From Macrostomum lignano (lineage: Eukaryota): DNA of 64,000 bases. Below the pieces are notes generated by a model that worked only from the letters and a program-made list of their open reading frames with translations, had not been told where the DNA came from and ran no database searches. Position numbers and translations under genes: made by a program. The stretch lies in the NCBI GenBank assembly GCA_002269645.1, contig NIVC01001610.1, forward strand, positions 1 through 64,000. Reading direction: 5' to 3'. Shown one piece after another: positions 12,567 to 23,900 of this stretch. Positions within the stretch are counted from its first letter, which is position 1. Every line of letters begins with the position of its first letter.

Positions 12567-15500
12567 CCCAGTCTCTGACGCAGCGCGTATTACGCGTGTA
12601 ATTACTGCGTAAGCGACGCGCGTAAATTTTACACTGCGAATACACGCGTATTACGCGTGTAACTGCTGCATATATCGACGCGCCTAATTTGTACACTAGT
12701 TTTACACGCGTAAACATCGCGTATTCAAACGCACAATTTTACGCGCGTAAAGATCGTGTTGTTTTACGCGCATTCTACCCGCGGTCGCGGACACAAATGA
12801 AGCACCAATTTAAGTTTTCGCTTCGTGACAAAATCGGTCCAAAGCGAAAAATGTCCAGTAGAGACCTCAGTCGACACGTTACCAGGGAGCTGTTGTCCTT
12901 TTTATACCATATTCAAGAATTCATATGATTCTTGATTAATCCATGTAACTAGGTTGCATTGTATCCTTTTGCGTGTTTATTAATTATTATAGTGTATATT
13001 GTATATTTATTCGATTGGAAAAACATACAACTGGGCTTCAAAACAATTCTTAAGAATAATTCAAGTATACAAAGCATCTCCTTATTTTTCTTCAGCTTGA
13101 TTAAAGTCAATTTATCAATTTGTTCTCATTCAACCCTTAGAAGTACTAGAAATGTGCATCTAAAGTATTTTTACTTAAAAATGCACTATATATCTTATAG
13201 TTAAGCTATAATGCATATATAAAAGTATTTAAAAGTGTATATAAAGGTAAAAAAAGATAAATTGCTATATTAGTTTGTTAATTATAGATTTTATTGGTTA
13301 GAGAATAGATATTAACACTAAATTTAACAGATGCCTACTATATATTTGGCTAAAAATTGACATTATTCTGAAAACTTATTGGGAATATTGCTTAGTTGTG
13401 CTTCAAAAAAGTTTTATTGTATTATAATTTATAAGCTATATGCCTATATCTATTAAGACTTCTACAATTTAAATTAGAGTCCTAAATACTGTTTATTTAT
13501 TAATTGAATGAATTTTGTGTTGCCCCTTTTTGCATACCATTACTAGTAGTTATATGTATATATGAGTATTTCATGACATTATAAATAAAAATATATTACC
13601 ATTCATGCACCAAAAAAGCGTTGCATACTATCAAAATCAAGTTAAACTAGCCTGATTTTAATCACTATAGTCTATCTAGATATTATACTTCCAACCATCT
13701 TTGACTATGTCTATAACATAGTCAATAAATTCAATAATTAACGTTTCAATACATTTAAAGGTTGTAATGAATGAAATAAAAACTGAATTCTGATTGTAAC
13801 TCCAATGCATGATGTCTGGAATATATGCTTTTCAAAATTCTTATAGATATTTAGTAGGCATATGGCATAATTTTTCTGGTAGCTTGTATATATTGTAATT
13901 CTATCATAAAACATTCACAAAATCAAATATCCCTTTGACTGAATAGCATGGAAAGGAAAACTATGAATCTCGAAATGTGCAACTAAAAACAATTTTTACC
14001 ATGTTTAAATATTCCTACCACCATTGTCTTTAACTATATTTCAAAATTAAATAAACATTTTCAAAATGTTGAAAAGTGAGAAATGTATACAACTTTTAAG
14101 TAAAAATAACACAACAAAACAAAACAACATTAATTATACTTTAATGTAATTTAGAATAGCATTTTGAATTTTTTGTATGATTGTCACTTCTAGGATGAAA
14201 CATAGTATTTTTTGCTCAATTTTGTCACCACTTCAATTGATTAAAGCATAAATTTTATGAATTTGGTATGGTATTCAACTGGCTCTGCATGGAAATCAAT
14301 TTATACTGTTTTAATGGCATGAAAACCAACGCTAAAATAATTAACAATGAAACATATTTTTACACTAGATCTAGCCGCCTCTTTCTGACTGCCTTAAGCT
14401 GGCAAACTTCGACTACAGGACAACCTTGGCAAGCTTGGCAAACTTATAGGTGGCAACTTAGCTGGCTGTCAATCTTCCAGCTGACATGACAGCTGAATAA
14501 ACTGAATCATTTTAGACAGATGCTGCATTTTAGTGGCGCCTGCAAAAATGCATTACAAATGCAGTGAGGTAATAATAATGATAATATTATATTATTATTA
14601 ATTGATTACACCCGCTCCAATTAAGCAGATTTACAGCCGACAGCTTCAGCCTCTGACGGACAGCATGCAGGGACGGGCCTGGATACGGCGGTTTGGATCG
14701 CCCTGTCACATGCGGAGGCCACCTTGATCGTCCCGATGCTGATGCTGTTGGCGCTGCTGTCAGCTGCCATTGCGATGTAGACCATGTCAAGATCCTTGCC
14801 CTCGTAGTTCGACGGTGTTGGACATACATGTATCTGGCGGCTCAGGACATCTGCCGGGTTGTCACCCCCAGCTGGTATATAGGTGACTTTGAAGGAGGTT
14901 CTGCAGCTGAAGTGCCATGCGCTCGATCCGCAGTGGGAGCCGCGAACCGGGGCTGAGCAGGCTGACCAGCAGCTTGTGGTCGGTGATGACCGATGACCCT
15001 GGACTTTGGGTAGCCACTAAGGTAGTGGTAGAATTTGAGGACCAGCGCCTCCCTTTCTGTCTGCAAGTAGCGCTGTTTGGTGTCACTGAAGCTGCGGTTG
15101 GCGTAGGCGATTGGCCTGGTTTCACCTGGGCGAGTATCGCGCCGGCGGGCTGGGGCGACAATCTGCCTGGTCTCGCAGTTCTTGTTAAAGAAGGCAAGCG
15201 TGCAGCTTTGTGCGATCAACTTGATGGACTATCATGATGGTATTTGATATCAATACCAATATCAAATTTTAATACATTTACCGTGCATTTTGCGAGCCTA
15301 CCATATTAAAAATATGTTGATATGTGCCACAAACGTGCCTCAATCTTTATCTTTCAGCCGCGTATTTAATGGATAAATAATACACATATGCGCATATTAT
15401 TCGTGTAAAGTGTGCGTAAAGCGCGCGTTTTCGGCGCGTACTTCACACGGGTATTCTGCGCGTATATTACGCGCGTAGATTCGCGTAAAAAAAGTGACAC

Positions 15501-15595
15501 AAAACGTGTGTTTCCCGCGCGTCAATTACGTGTGTATTACGCACGTGATTGACACGCGTAATACGCGCGGAATACGCGCGTGAGCAGAGACTGGG
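12567..15595. mobile_element. Non-autonomous CMC/EnSpm (CACTA)-like DNA transposon, 3029 bp
   Basis: Termini CCCAGTCTCTG...CAGAGACTGGG; imperfect ~50-bp TIRs with CG-rich (ACGCGCGT/TACGCGTG) subterminal repeats; 2-bp TSD TT (12565-12566, 15596-15597). CCC termini with a 2-bp TSD fit animal EnSpm-type elements. No transposase seen. Confidence 0.75.
14660..15205 (-). pseudogene. Frameshifted Ty3/Gypsy pol fragment (RNase H and downstream linker)
   Basis: Across frameshifts: LAFFNKNCETR..PAGAILAQ..RPIAYANRSFSDTKQRYLQTEREAL..KFYHYLSG..VITDHKLLVSLL..RIERMALQLQ..YIP..DNPADVLSR, the hallmark motifs of Ty3/Gypsy RNase H. Confidence 0.85.
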
Positions 15596-16503
15596 TTAGC
15601 TCTGCATTGCTTCAGTTCACCCAGCTGTAAAATGGGTACCGCATTTCGTAGCTGGGGTAATTGAGGCTGTGTGTGGCGACCCCCAGTCCTTGAACTGAAC
15701 AGCCGTACGCAGCCTTCAGATGCGCCCCGCAATAGCTGCGGCTGAGCTATCGGTTGCACAACTGCCCTTAGAGCAGGTGTAATAAAATGTCCAATTGTTT
15801 AAATGAGAATCTGGGTTTATTTGTGGCCTACATGTATATAGGGCATTTTGACTTCGGTCAAAATCCCTGCCTCATGGTAAGATTACAGTAAAAAAGTACA
15901 TAACTTTTCTTGTGTATCAATTTCATCTCGAAAGTACTCGTACATAATACGTCGTCGCTGAATGCTGATTCAATGTCGCCGCGTTGCCCTTAAATCCAGT
16001 AAACTTATGATAACAGAGACTTGGCGGATTGCCTACTGAATATGCAAACTGTCTTACTCATTCCTGCCATCCACGATCAGATCCTCATCCGATCGCCAGT
16101 TCGACTCGGCTCGTGAGAAGCGGTCGCATCATCGAGGGCCTGAGGCGGAGAAAGTTCGAGTAAGTCGTTGACCTTTTCTGTCTTCAAGTTTCTTCATTCA
16201 TTAGATTGTTAAGTACATTCAGCTGTACGTTAGGCAGACAAATATCGTGTTCAGACAAATCAGATTTCACAATTCGAATTCCAGCGCCCAGCCGAGGACA
16301 AATTTCTTTTCCTTCTTCCGTCAAACTCGCTGCCGCCATCTTCATCTTCGACGTCCCTGACAGCTGCGGCTGCATCGAATTCGACGCGCGAATCCTCTAA
16401 CCGACACTGGGCCCACGTCCAGGAGAAGCAGAAGCAGCGATGCTCCGGAGCCCAACAGTCGACAAGCGGCGGCATCAAGAGCCGCTTTAAAGTCGAAGGC
16501 CTG

Positions 16504-17343
16504 ATGCAGCAGCAGTATCACAGCAGCCAATCTCTGTACCAGCCGCCGCATCGAAAACAGCGCCATTCAAACAGTTTGCCCCTGCAGCAGCAGCTGCTGC
16601 AGCAACAGCAACAGCAACAACAGCAGCTGTTTGAGCGGCCGTATTCGCCCAGCGCTACAGCAGCGGCAGCAGCAGCCGTCGCCTCTGCTCGATCTCGTTC
16701 TAGACGCTCGCCGCCTCCAGTGCAACGTCACGTGACCTCGGACAACTCGGTCTTCACGATAACGTTCGATCCGGAATACTACGACCGTTGCTATCGCCAA
16801 CAGCAGCGCCAGCCGGATTTGGGCGTCTCGGTTGCTCCGTCGGCATCCAGCGCCACCGGGCGATCACTCAAGCCGCACAATGCGTCACCGTTGTCGTCTT
16901 CTTCAGCTGGCGGCGGCAGCAAACGTAAGCGTCGACCGCCCCGACGTCGTGGCGGTGATCGGCTGTGCCCGCGCAATCAGCAGCGGCCCGATCCAGAAGG
17001 AGCGCCGTCGACGCCAGAAAAAATGGAGTCGCTTGGCGCCTCAAGCTACGGAGGCGCGGCAGGGGGCGCACATTGGGCCAACAATTGGAGGGAAAAACGC
17101 AGAGATTCAGCGGCTTCTGATCTGGCCTATCTGCTCAGCAAAGACCCATTGTTCTCGGACTATGGAAGCTGTTCCGATAGCGACACTGCATCGACAATGT
17201 CCACAGACTCCAGGGGTCAAGTGGACGAGAAGGGTGTGATTATGCGCGGCCTTTCAGCAGTAAATCTCAACTCAAGCACAATGATCAAGTTTTCCATCAT
17301 TGGTGCCGAGATTCAAAACATGATTTCGCAATCGCTACGAAAG
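16504..17343 (+). CDS. Tpm: Alternative long first coding exon of tropomyosin (>=280 aa, low-complexity Q/S/A/R-rich head)
   Basis: Open frame with a poly-Q tract, ending ...GLSAVNLNSSTMIKFSIIGAEIQNMISQSLRK at a phase-0 donor (aag|gtagga), in phase with the exon at 18410. The frame stays open back to an AG at 16232-16233, so the true start may lie further 5'. Confidence 0.7.
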
Positions 17344-17942
17344 GTAGGATAATATTTAGTAATGATAAACGTACGTACATGTACTGAAAACAATAATACC
17401 CTAACTGATGGATCACAAGCAGGCGAATAACTATTTCTGTAGAAAAAATAGTTATTAAAACTTAATAAACAATCGTACCTGTTTGTTGGCTGTTGCGATA
17501 AATTCAGAAAAATGAAAACTACATGTACGTATACATTTTATCATGTTTTTCATGTTAAATTTTTCATACATTTAGATGAGTTTTAAGTGCTATTTCATTA
17601 TCTGGATAGGAATTCTGGTGCGTGTAGAATGAAAAAACAAATATGAGAATGTGTTATAGAATTGAATGACAAAATAATTAGATTTGTACTTATAGACAAC
17701 AAATACGTCTTTAAAAAACCAGCAGCACTTAAACGATGTTCATAATTGGTTGCTAAAATATGGTAGTTATCTGTTATGATTGTTATGATTTGTTTATTTA
17801 TATAAACCGGCGTCGATTTAACTTCACACGTGTTCCTTCATTTTTTGTACTGGCTGAACAGTACATTGTACATATACCCTGCATTTTCACATACAAACGC
17901 TTTTAGCTTTCATATCCAATACCAATATATAAAACGAACAAT

Positions 17943-20900
17943 ATGGCGGCCGAGAAGAACAACCAAACACAAGGTGTTTTGTCTGTTTTAAAACAAAAAA
18001 TGCAAGGCCTAAAAAACGATTTGGACAAAGTCACTGATGAACTTGAGCGTAAAGAGGAAGAATTAAAGATGGAAGTTGAGCTTCGCAATTCGGTAATTAC
18101 TGCAATTTTGCAAAACAATGCATGTTTCTATTAGCTCATCCATTTTACCTCATTTTACTATAGTATAAAATATTTGACTGTGCTTATTGGCTATCTGTGG
18201 CTGTTAGATCTCTAGTTTTTCATTTCAGCAAATATTTATTCTCACCTTTATGACGTTAACTTTATTCTTAGCAAAATAACTTTATATTAAGTGTATTGAA
18301 CAACTTTATTACACATAAATTAACATTTTGTTGTATTTTCTTCCCTTTAAAGTGTTTTTCAAATGGCTAAAATATTAATTATAAACATGTTTTTTATCAA
18401 TTTTTCTAGGCAGAGACAGAAGTCCAAAGTCTTGCTAGAAGAATTCAGCTTCTAGAAGATGAGCTTGAACAGACTGAAGGTCGATTGAACGATACCAATC
18501 AGAAGCTTCAAGAAGCAAACAAGACAGCAGAAGAAAGTGAAAGGTAAATATTAATACCTATTCTAAAAACTTAATTGAATAACTTATCGTTATGATAATT
18601 ATTTTTTATATTTTAGCAAGTAAATATATAAATCTATTTTTTATGTTATCCACATACACCTAATGTCTGAATATATTTTTGCATTTTAAAAGTTTTTTTG
18701 TATTAAAAATTAAATAAGCAGTCATGCATTACCTATTCTCAATTTTAGTTTTTATACCATCAAATTCATCAAAATGAAAAGCTTGAAGTCAAAGGAAATT
18801 ATCTTTTTAAATATCATTTTGGTAAAATGTTTCATGTTGTCCATTTTTAATAATTCTAATTTGTTAATTTAGTTGAGGAATAGGTTTTTCGAAAATATGT
18901 GCTTTGAAATTGAGATAACTTTACTTTTGGCATTAGCATCCACCTGCCAAGCCTGTTTCACTTAGGCGCTCATGCATGCACGCAGTGTGATTAATAACAG
19001 TAATAATAATAAACAGGGCTCGCAAAGTGCTGGAAAATCGGCAGAACATTGATGACAGCCGGATCAACCAGCTGGAGCAGCTTGTCAACGAGGCCACAGA
19101 CGCTGCTAGCGACGCAGAGACCAATCTGGAGGAGGTGATGACGGCTTATCTCTGTTATAGTGGGATTTTTTATTAATTTTACCTTTCACCTATTTAGCTA
19201 GCAAATATCTTAGTTACTTAGTTGCTAAATGATTTCTTGGACATCTAGTAATTCAAATCTCCGCCCTGTTTTGTTTTATTAATTACAATCTAAGATGCGC
19301 TCACTGAAGCGCGCTTCCGCGCGTGCTGCATATTTATTGTTTATTCTAAATGTCTGTAGGCATGCAGGCTACAGTCAGATTCAAAGCAAACTTTGCCGTC
19401 CCGAATTGTGTGCGCTATAGGCTGAAACGACGCAGTCGCCTGCCCCCCGACGAGACCCAGCCCCAGCAACCGTTGCTAAGCGAGGCAGCAGCAGCAACAG
19501 CGGAGAGCGATAATTGCCGCTTCAGTTTTGCTGACAGGTTGCCTTTCTAGAGTGTTGCAATATCTGGATTTGGCATGCGGGTTGCTGCATGTTGGTGCTG
19601 AATGTTCCAGATTGATTTGCAGTTCATACTCCCTGACTGTTGAATAAGGCTGTTTTAGACAGGTATCAGAGAAAATGCTTGAATTAAAGTACCTGTTGCA
19701 CTCATTTACGCTCTATTCATTGCTTCAATACATTTTTAGCACGCTGACGATCGCTGCCTCTGCCTAAATGCCCGTTTTCTTTAAGAAATCCGAACTTCTT
19801 GGCCACATTCATTTGGGCTTGTCATAAAATTGGCCGGTGAATTGTGGTGCGATTCACAAGGCACAGAGATGTACATGCCTTAGTGTAGTGTAGTGCCCAA
19901 AATCCTCCTGCAATTATTGCTGTTGCTATGGTGACAGCGTAACTACGCTTGCAACCTTGCAGCCGAGTACTACACTATCAGCAGTCTAAGCCTATGTTTA
20001 GCTAGGTTAAATGCATGCCTGCATTTCTGAGTTGATTTTGCTCCAGTGCGCTGCTGCTCTGCACACAATTTACTAACAATCTTGGCCACCTGGGCCGACC
20101 GACTTGTCCTATTAAGGTTCGAAGGAAGCTTCAACTGGCCGAAGAGCAGCTGGCCAAGGCCGAGGATCGCTCAGACGCGGCCGAGAAGAAGGTCAAAGAG
20201 CTCCGTGACGAGCTGAACCTGGTCACTATTCATTTGAAATCGTTAGAGATCAGCGAGGCAAAGGTTTGGAAATGCTTTAAGCCAGTTAGAAGTATTTATT
20301 ATAACTAATAAAATGCTTGCATCGCATGCTTTGGCAGCAGAGCGGCAGGTTTCAAAAGGCGTTTCGGTTTTGTTTCGCTCGAGCTTATTATTGTTAATTT
20401 TTTTACCCCTAGGTTGGGTAGTCGTGTGATGAACACAGAGTGTAAATGCCTGACGATTAGAAAGTCTGGGCCGCTGTACACTCAGGGTGCCTGTGTACAG
20501 CTTGTCACTGTTAAATATCCCTGACTCAGCCTCTCCCTGTTTGCTCTCCGGCCTAAACTTGATCCAGCAAGGTGCTCGAACTGGAAGAGGCGCTCCGGGC
20601 AGCCGGGATTCGGCTGGGATCGCGTGAAATCTCGGAGCAGCTGGCGGCCTCCAGTCGCCTGCGTACCGCATCAACGGTGGGAAAAATTCTCAGTTTTGTA
20701 GTGGATTGGAGCTCATCGCTTTTGCAGTTTAGAACACCTGCATGACATGGGTCTCGTAGTCTGCTGTACTTAGCCTCTTCAGGTGAGACGTGGATTGGAA
20801 AATCAGATGGATTGCTAATCTATCCTGAGGATTAGGGGATCAGATGGATTGCTAATCTATCCTGAGGATTAGGGGATCAGATGGATTGCTAATCTATCCT

Positions 20901-23900
20901 GAGGATTAGGGGATCAGATGGATTGCTAATCTATCCTGAGGATTAGGGGATCAGATGGATTGCTAATCTATCCTGAGGATTAGGGGATCAGATGGATTGC
21001 TAATCTATCATGAGGATTAGGGGATCAGATGGATTGCTAATCTATCATGAGGATTAGGGGATCAGATGGATTGCTAATCTATCCTGAGGATTAGGGGATC
21101 AGATGGATTGCTAATCTATCATGAGGATTAGGGGATCAGATGGATTGCTAATCTATCCTGAGGATTAGGGGATCAGATGGATTGCTAATCTATCATGAGG
21201 ATTAGGGGATCAGATGGATTGCTAATCTATCCTGAGGATTAGGAGATCAGATGGATTGCTAATCTATCCTGAGGATTAGGGGATCAGATGGATTGCTAAT
21301 CTATCCTGAGGATCAGGAGATCAGATGGATTGCTAATCTATCCTGAGGATTAGGGGATCAGATGGATTGCTAATCTATCCTGAGGATCAGGAGATCAGAT
21401 GGATTGCTAATCTATCCTGAGTATTAGGGGATCAGATGGATTGCTAATCTATCCTGAGGATTAGGGGATCAGATGGATTGCTAATCTATCCTGAGTATTA
21501 GGGGATCAGATGGATTGCTAATCTATCCTGAGGATTAGGGATCAGATGGATTGCTAATCTATCCTGAGGATTAGGGGATCAGATGGATTGCTAATCTATC
21601 CTGAGGATCAGGAGATCAGATGGATTGCTAATCTATCATGAGGATTAGGGGATCAGATGGATTGCTAATCTATCCTGAGGATCAGGGGATCAGATGGATT
21701 GCTAATCTATCCTGAGGATTAGGGGATCAGATGGATTGCTAATCTATCCTGAGTATTAGGGGATCAGATGGATTGCTAATCTATCCTGAGGATTAGGGGA
21801 TCAGATGGATTGCTAATCTATCCTGAGTATTAGGGGATCAGATGGATTGCTAATCTATCCTGAGGATTAGGGGATCAGATGGATTGCTAATCTATCCTGA
21901 GGATTAGGGGATCAGATGGATTGCTAATCTATCCTGAGGATCAGGAGATCAGATGGATTGCTAATCTATCATGAGGATTAGGGGATCAGATGGATTGCTA
22001 ATCTATCCTGAGGATCAGGGGATCAGATGGATTGCTAATCTATCCTGAGGATTAGGGGATCAGATGGATTGCTAATCTATCCTGAGGATTAGGAGATCAG
22101 ATGGATTGCTAATCTATCCTGAGGATCAGGAGATCAGATGGATTGCTAATCTATCCTGAGGATTAGGGGATCAGATGGATTGCTAATCTATCCTGAGGAT
22201 TAGGGGATCAGATGGATTGCTAATTCCATCGAGAATAGGGGGATCAATTGTATTCGCCTGTGCATGTACGAACTGCATTGCATTGGGATCAGTGATTCAA
22301 TTGAAGTGATTTAAGCTTGAAAGCTAAAAATAGCGACTCGGCCACGCAGTCCATGGATCATGCAAGCCAAGTTCAGCAAATTTCATGTTAAAATCCCATT
22401 TCTGCGAAAGCATGCGATCAAGTTCAAAGAGGATTATCATTCTTTGTTTTGTTTAACTTTGCATGCCTTGAAAGAGCTTTTTACCGCCATGTGAGTAAGA
22501 AAATTTATTTTCAGGACAGGGCGATCTCTAATTCCGCCATTCCACCCTCAACCAATTCCTTTCACAGTCAGTCCAGAAGGAAGAAAGCAACGAGAAGCTC
22601 ATCATGGATCTCACTCTGAAGCTGAAAGAGGTGAGCGCTTGGTTACTTACCTGAATTTTGCGTCGGTTCAGGGGACGCGATCGTATTACCTACTCAGGTT
22701 TTAGAGTTTAATGGCTAGGGGGTAAAGCCCCTTGATTCTGGCGCCCCTTGGTGCTGGCGCTCCTTGGTGCTGGCGCCCCTTGGTGCTGGCGCCCCTTGGT
22801 GCTGGCGCCCCTTGGTGCTGGCGCCCCTTGGTGCTGGCGCTCCTTGGTGCTGGCGCCCCTTGGTGCTGGCGCCCCTTGGTGCTGGCGCCCCTTGGTGCTG
22901 GCGCCCTTGGTGCTGGCGCCCCTTGGTGCTGGCGCCCCTTGGTGCTGGCGCCCCTTGGTGCTGGCGCCCCTTGGTGCTGGCGCCCCTTGGTGCTGGCGCC
23001 CCTTGGTGCTGGCGCCCCTTGGTGCTGGCGCCCCTTGGTGCTGGCGCCCCTTGGTGCTGGCGCCCCTTGGTGCTGGCGCCCCTTGGTGCTGGCGCCCCTT
23101 GGTGCTGGCGCCCCTTGGTGCTGGCGCCCCTTGGTGCTGGCGCCCCTTGGTGCTGGCGCCCCTTGGTGCTGGCGCCCCTTGGTGCTGGCGCCCCTTGGTG
23201 CTGGCGCCCCTTGGTGCTGGCGCCCCTTGGTGCTGGCGCCCCTTGGTGCTGGCGCCCCTTGGTGCTGGCGCCCCTTGGTGCTGGCGCCCCTTGGTGCTGG
23301 CGCCCCTTGGTGCTGGCGCCCCTTGGTGCTGGCGCCCCTTGGTGCTGGCGCCCCTTGGTGCTGGCGCCCCTTGGTGCTGGCGCCCCTTGGTGCTGGCGCC
23401 CCTTGGTGCTGGCGCTGGCTAAAGCCTCTTTGCCACTCTCACGCATTAAGTTAGGTGCAGTTAATGACCTAATAGTACCTCTAATAGGCTTACGCAGTCA
23501 GGTTGCAAATGCTGTTTAAAATTCCAGGTGTTTTAAACGATTCAGCAATTTTGCTCTAGCAGAGTCGACATTTTATATATTAATTTTTTGTTAAACTTTC
23601 CTTAATTACCTACGCGTTGTATATATTTAACCAACCCTATTAACGAGTGTAAATCTGGAGCATAGTGTCAAGCAGCGCAAATCACCAACACGATACGCCC
23701 CCTGCATGCGCGCAATTCAAGGCCGAGGAGAGGGCAGAGTCCGCCGAGCGGGAGGCGGCCAACCGGCAAAAAGAAATTGACGAGACCGAAGGTAACGACA
23801 AATCCATGTTAGGGCACTGCAGAGCTCTTTATATGAGTCTGAACGTCGGGATGGCGGAAGGCTTTTGTATAGGTTATTACAAGAAATTCGATACTTTTAA

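Larger units (their letters stand above)
12449..15790 (+). mobile_element. SINE copy split by a DNA transposon: 5' part 12449-12566, 3' part 15596-~15790
   Basis: The 5' part ends CCTTGAGCAAGACACTT and the 3' part resumes (TT)AGCTCTGCATTGCTTCAGTTCACCCAGCTGTAAAATGGG; joined, they give GACACTTAGCTCTGC, colinear with the intact copy's GACACTTAACTCTGC. Confidence 0.85.

Noticed and set aside
16081-16159. Extra upstream exon for the long tropomyosin isoform (cag acceptor, gtaagt donor)
   Set aside because: Its donor is in phase with the AG at 16233, but I found no in-frame ATG or compatible upstream exon; left unannotated pending cDNA evidence.
19350-19550. GC-rich 66-aa ORF in a tropomyosin intron as a third first exon
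   Set aside because: It stops at 19550 with no phase-0 donor to join exon 20117, and has no coiled-coil pattern.
20802-22223. CRISPR-like array (37-bp palindromic repeats)
   Set aside because: Units are directly adjacent with no unique spacers, no cas genes, and the context is a eukaryotic intron.
22715-23519. Long ORFs on both strands (GAGAPWCWRP..., RQHQGAPAP...)
   Set aside because: Translations of a stop-free 16-bp tandem repeat.
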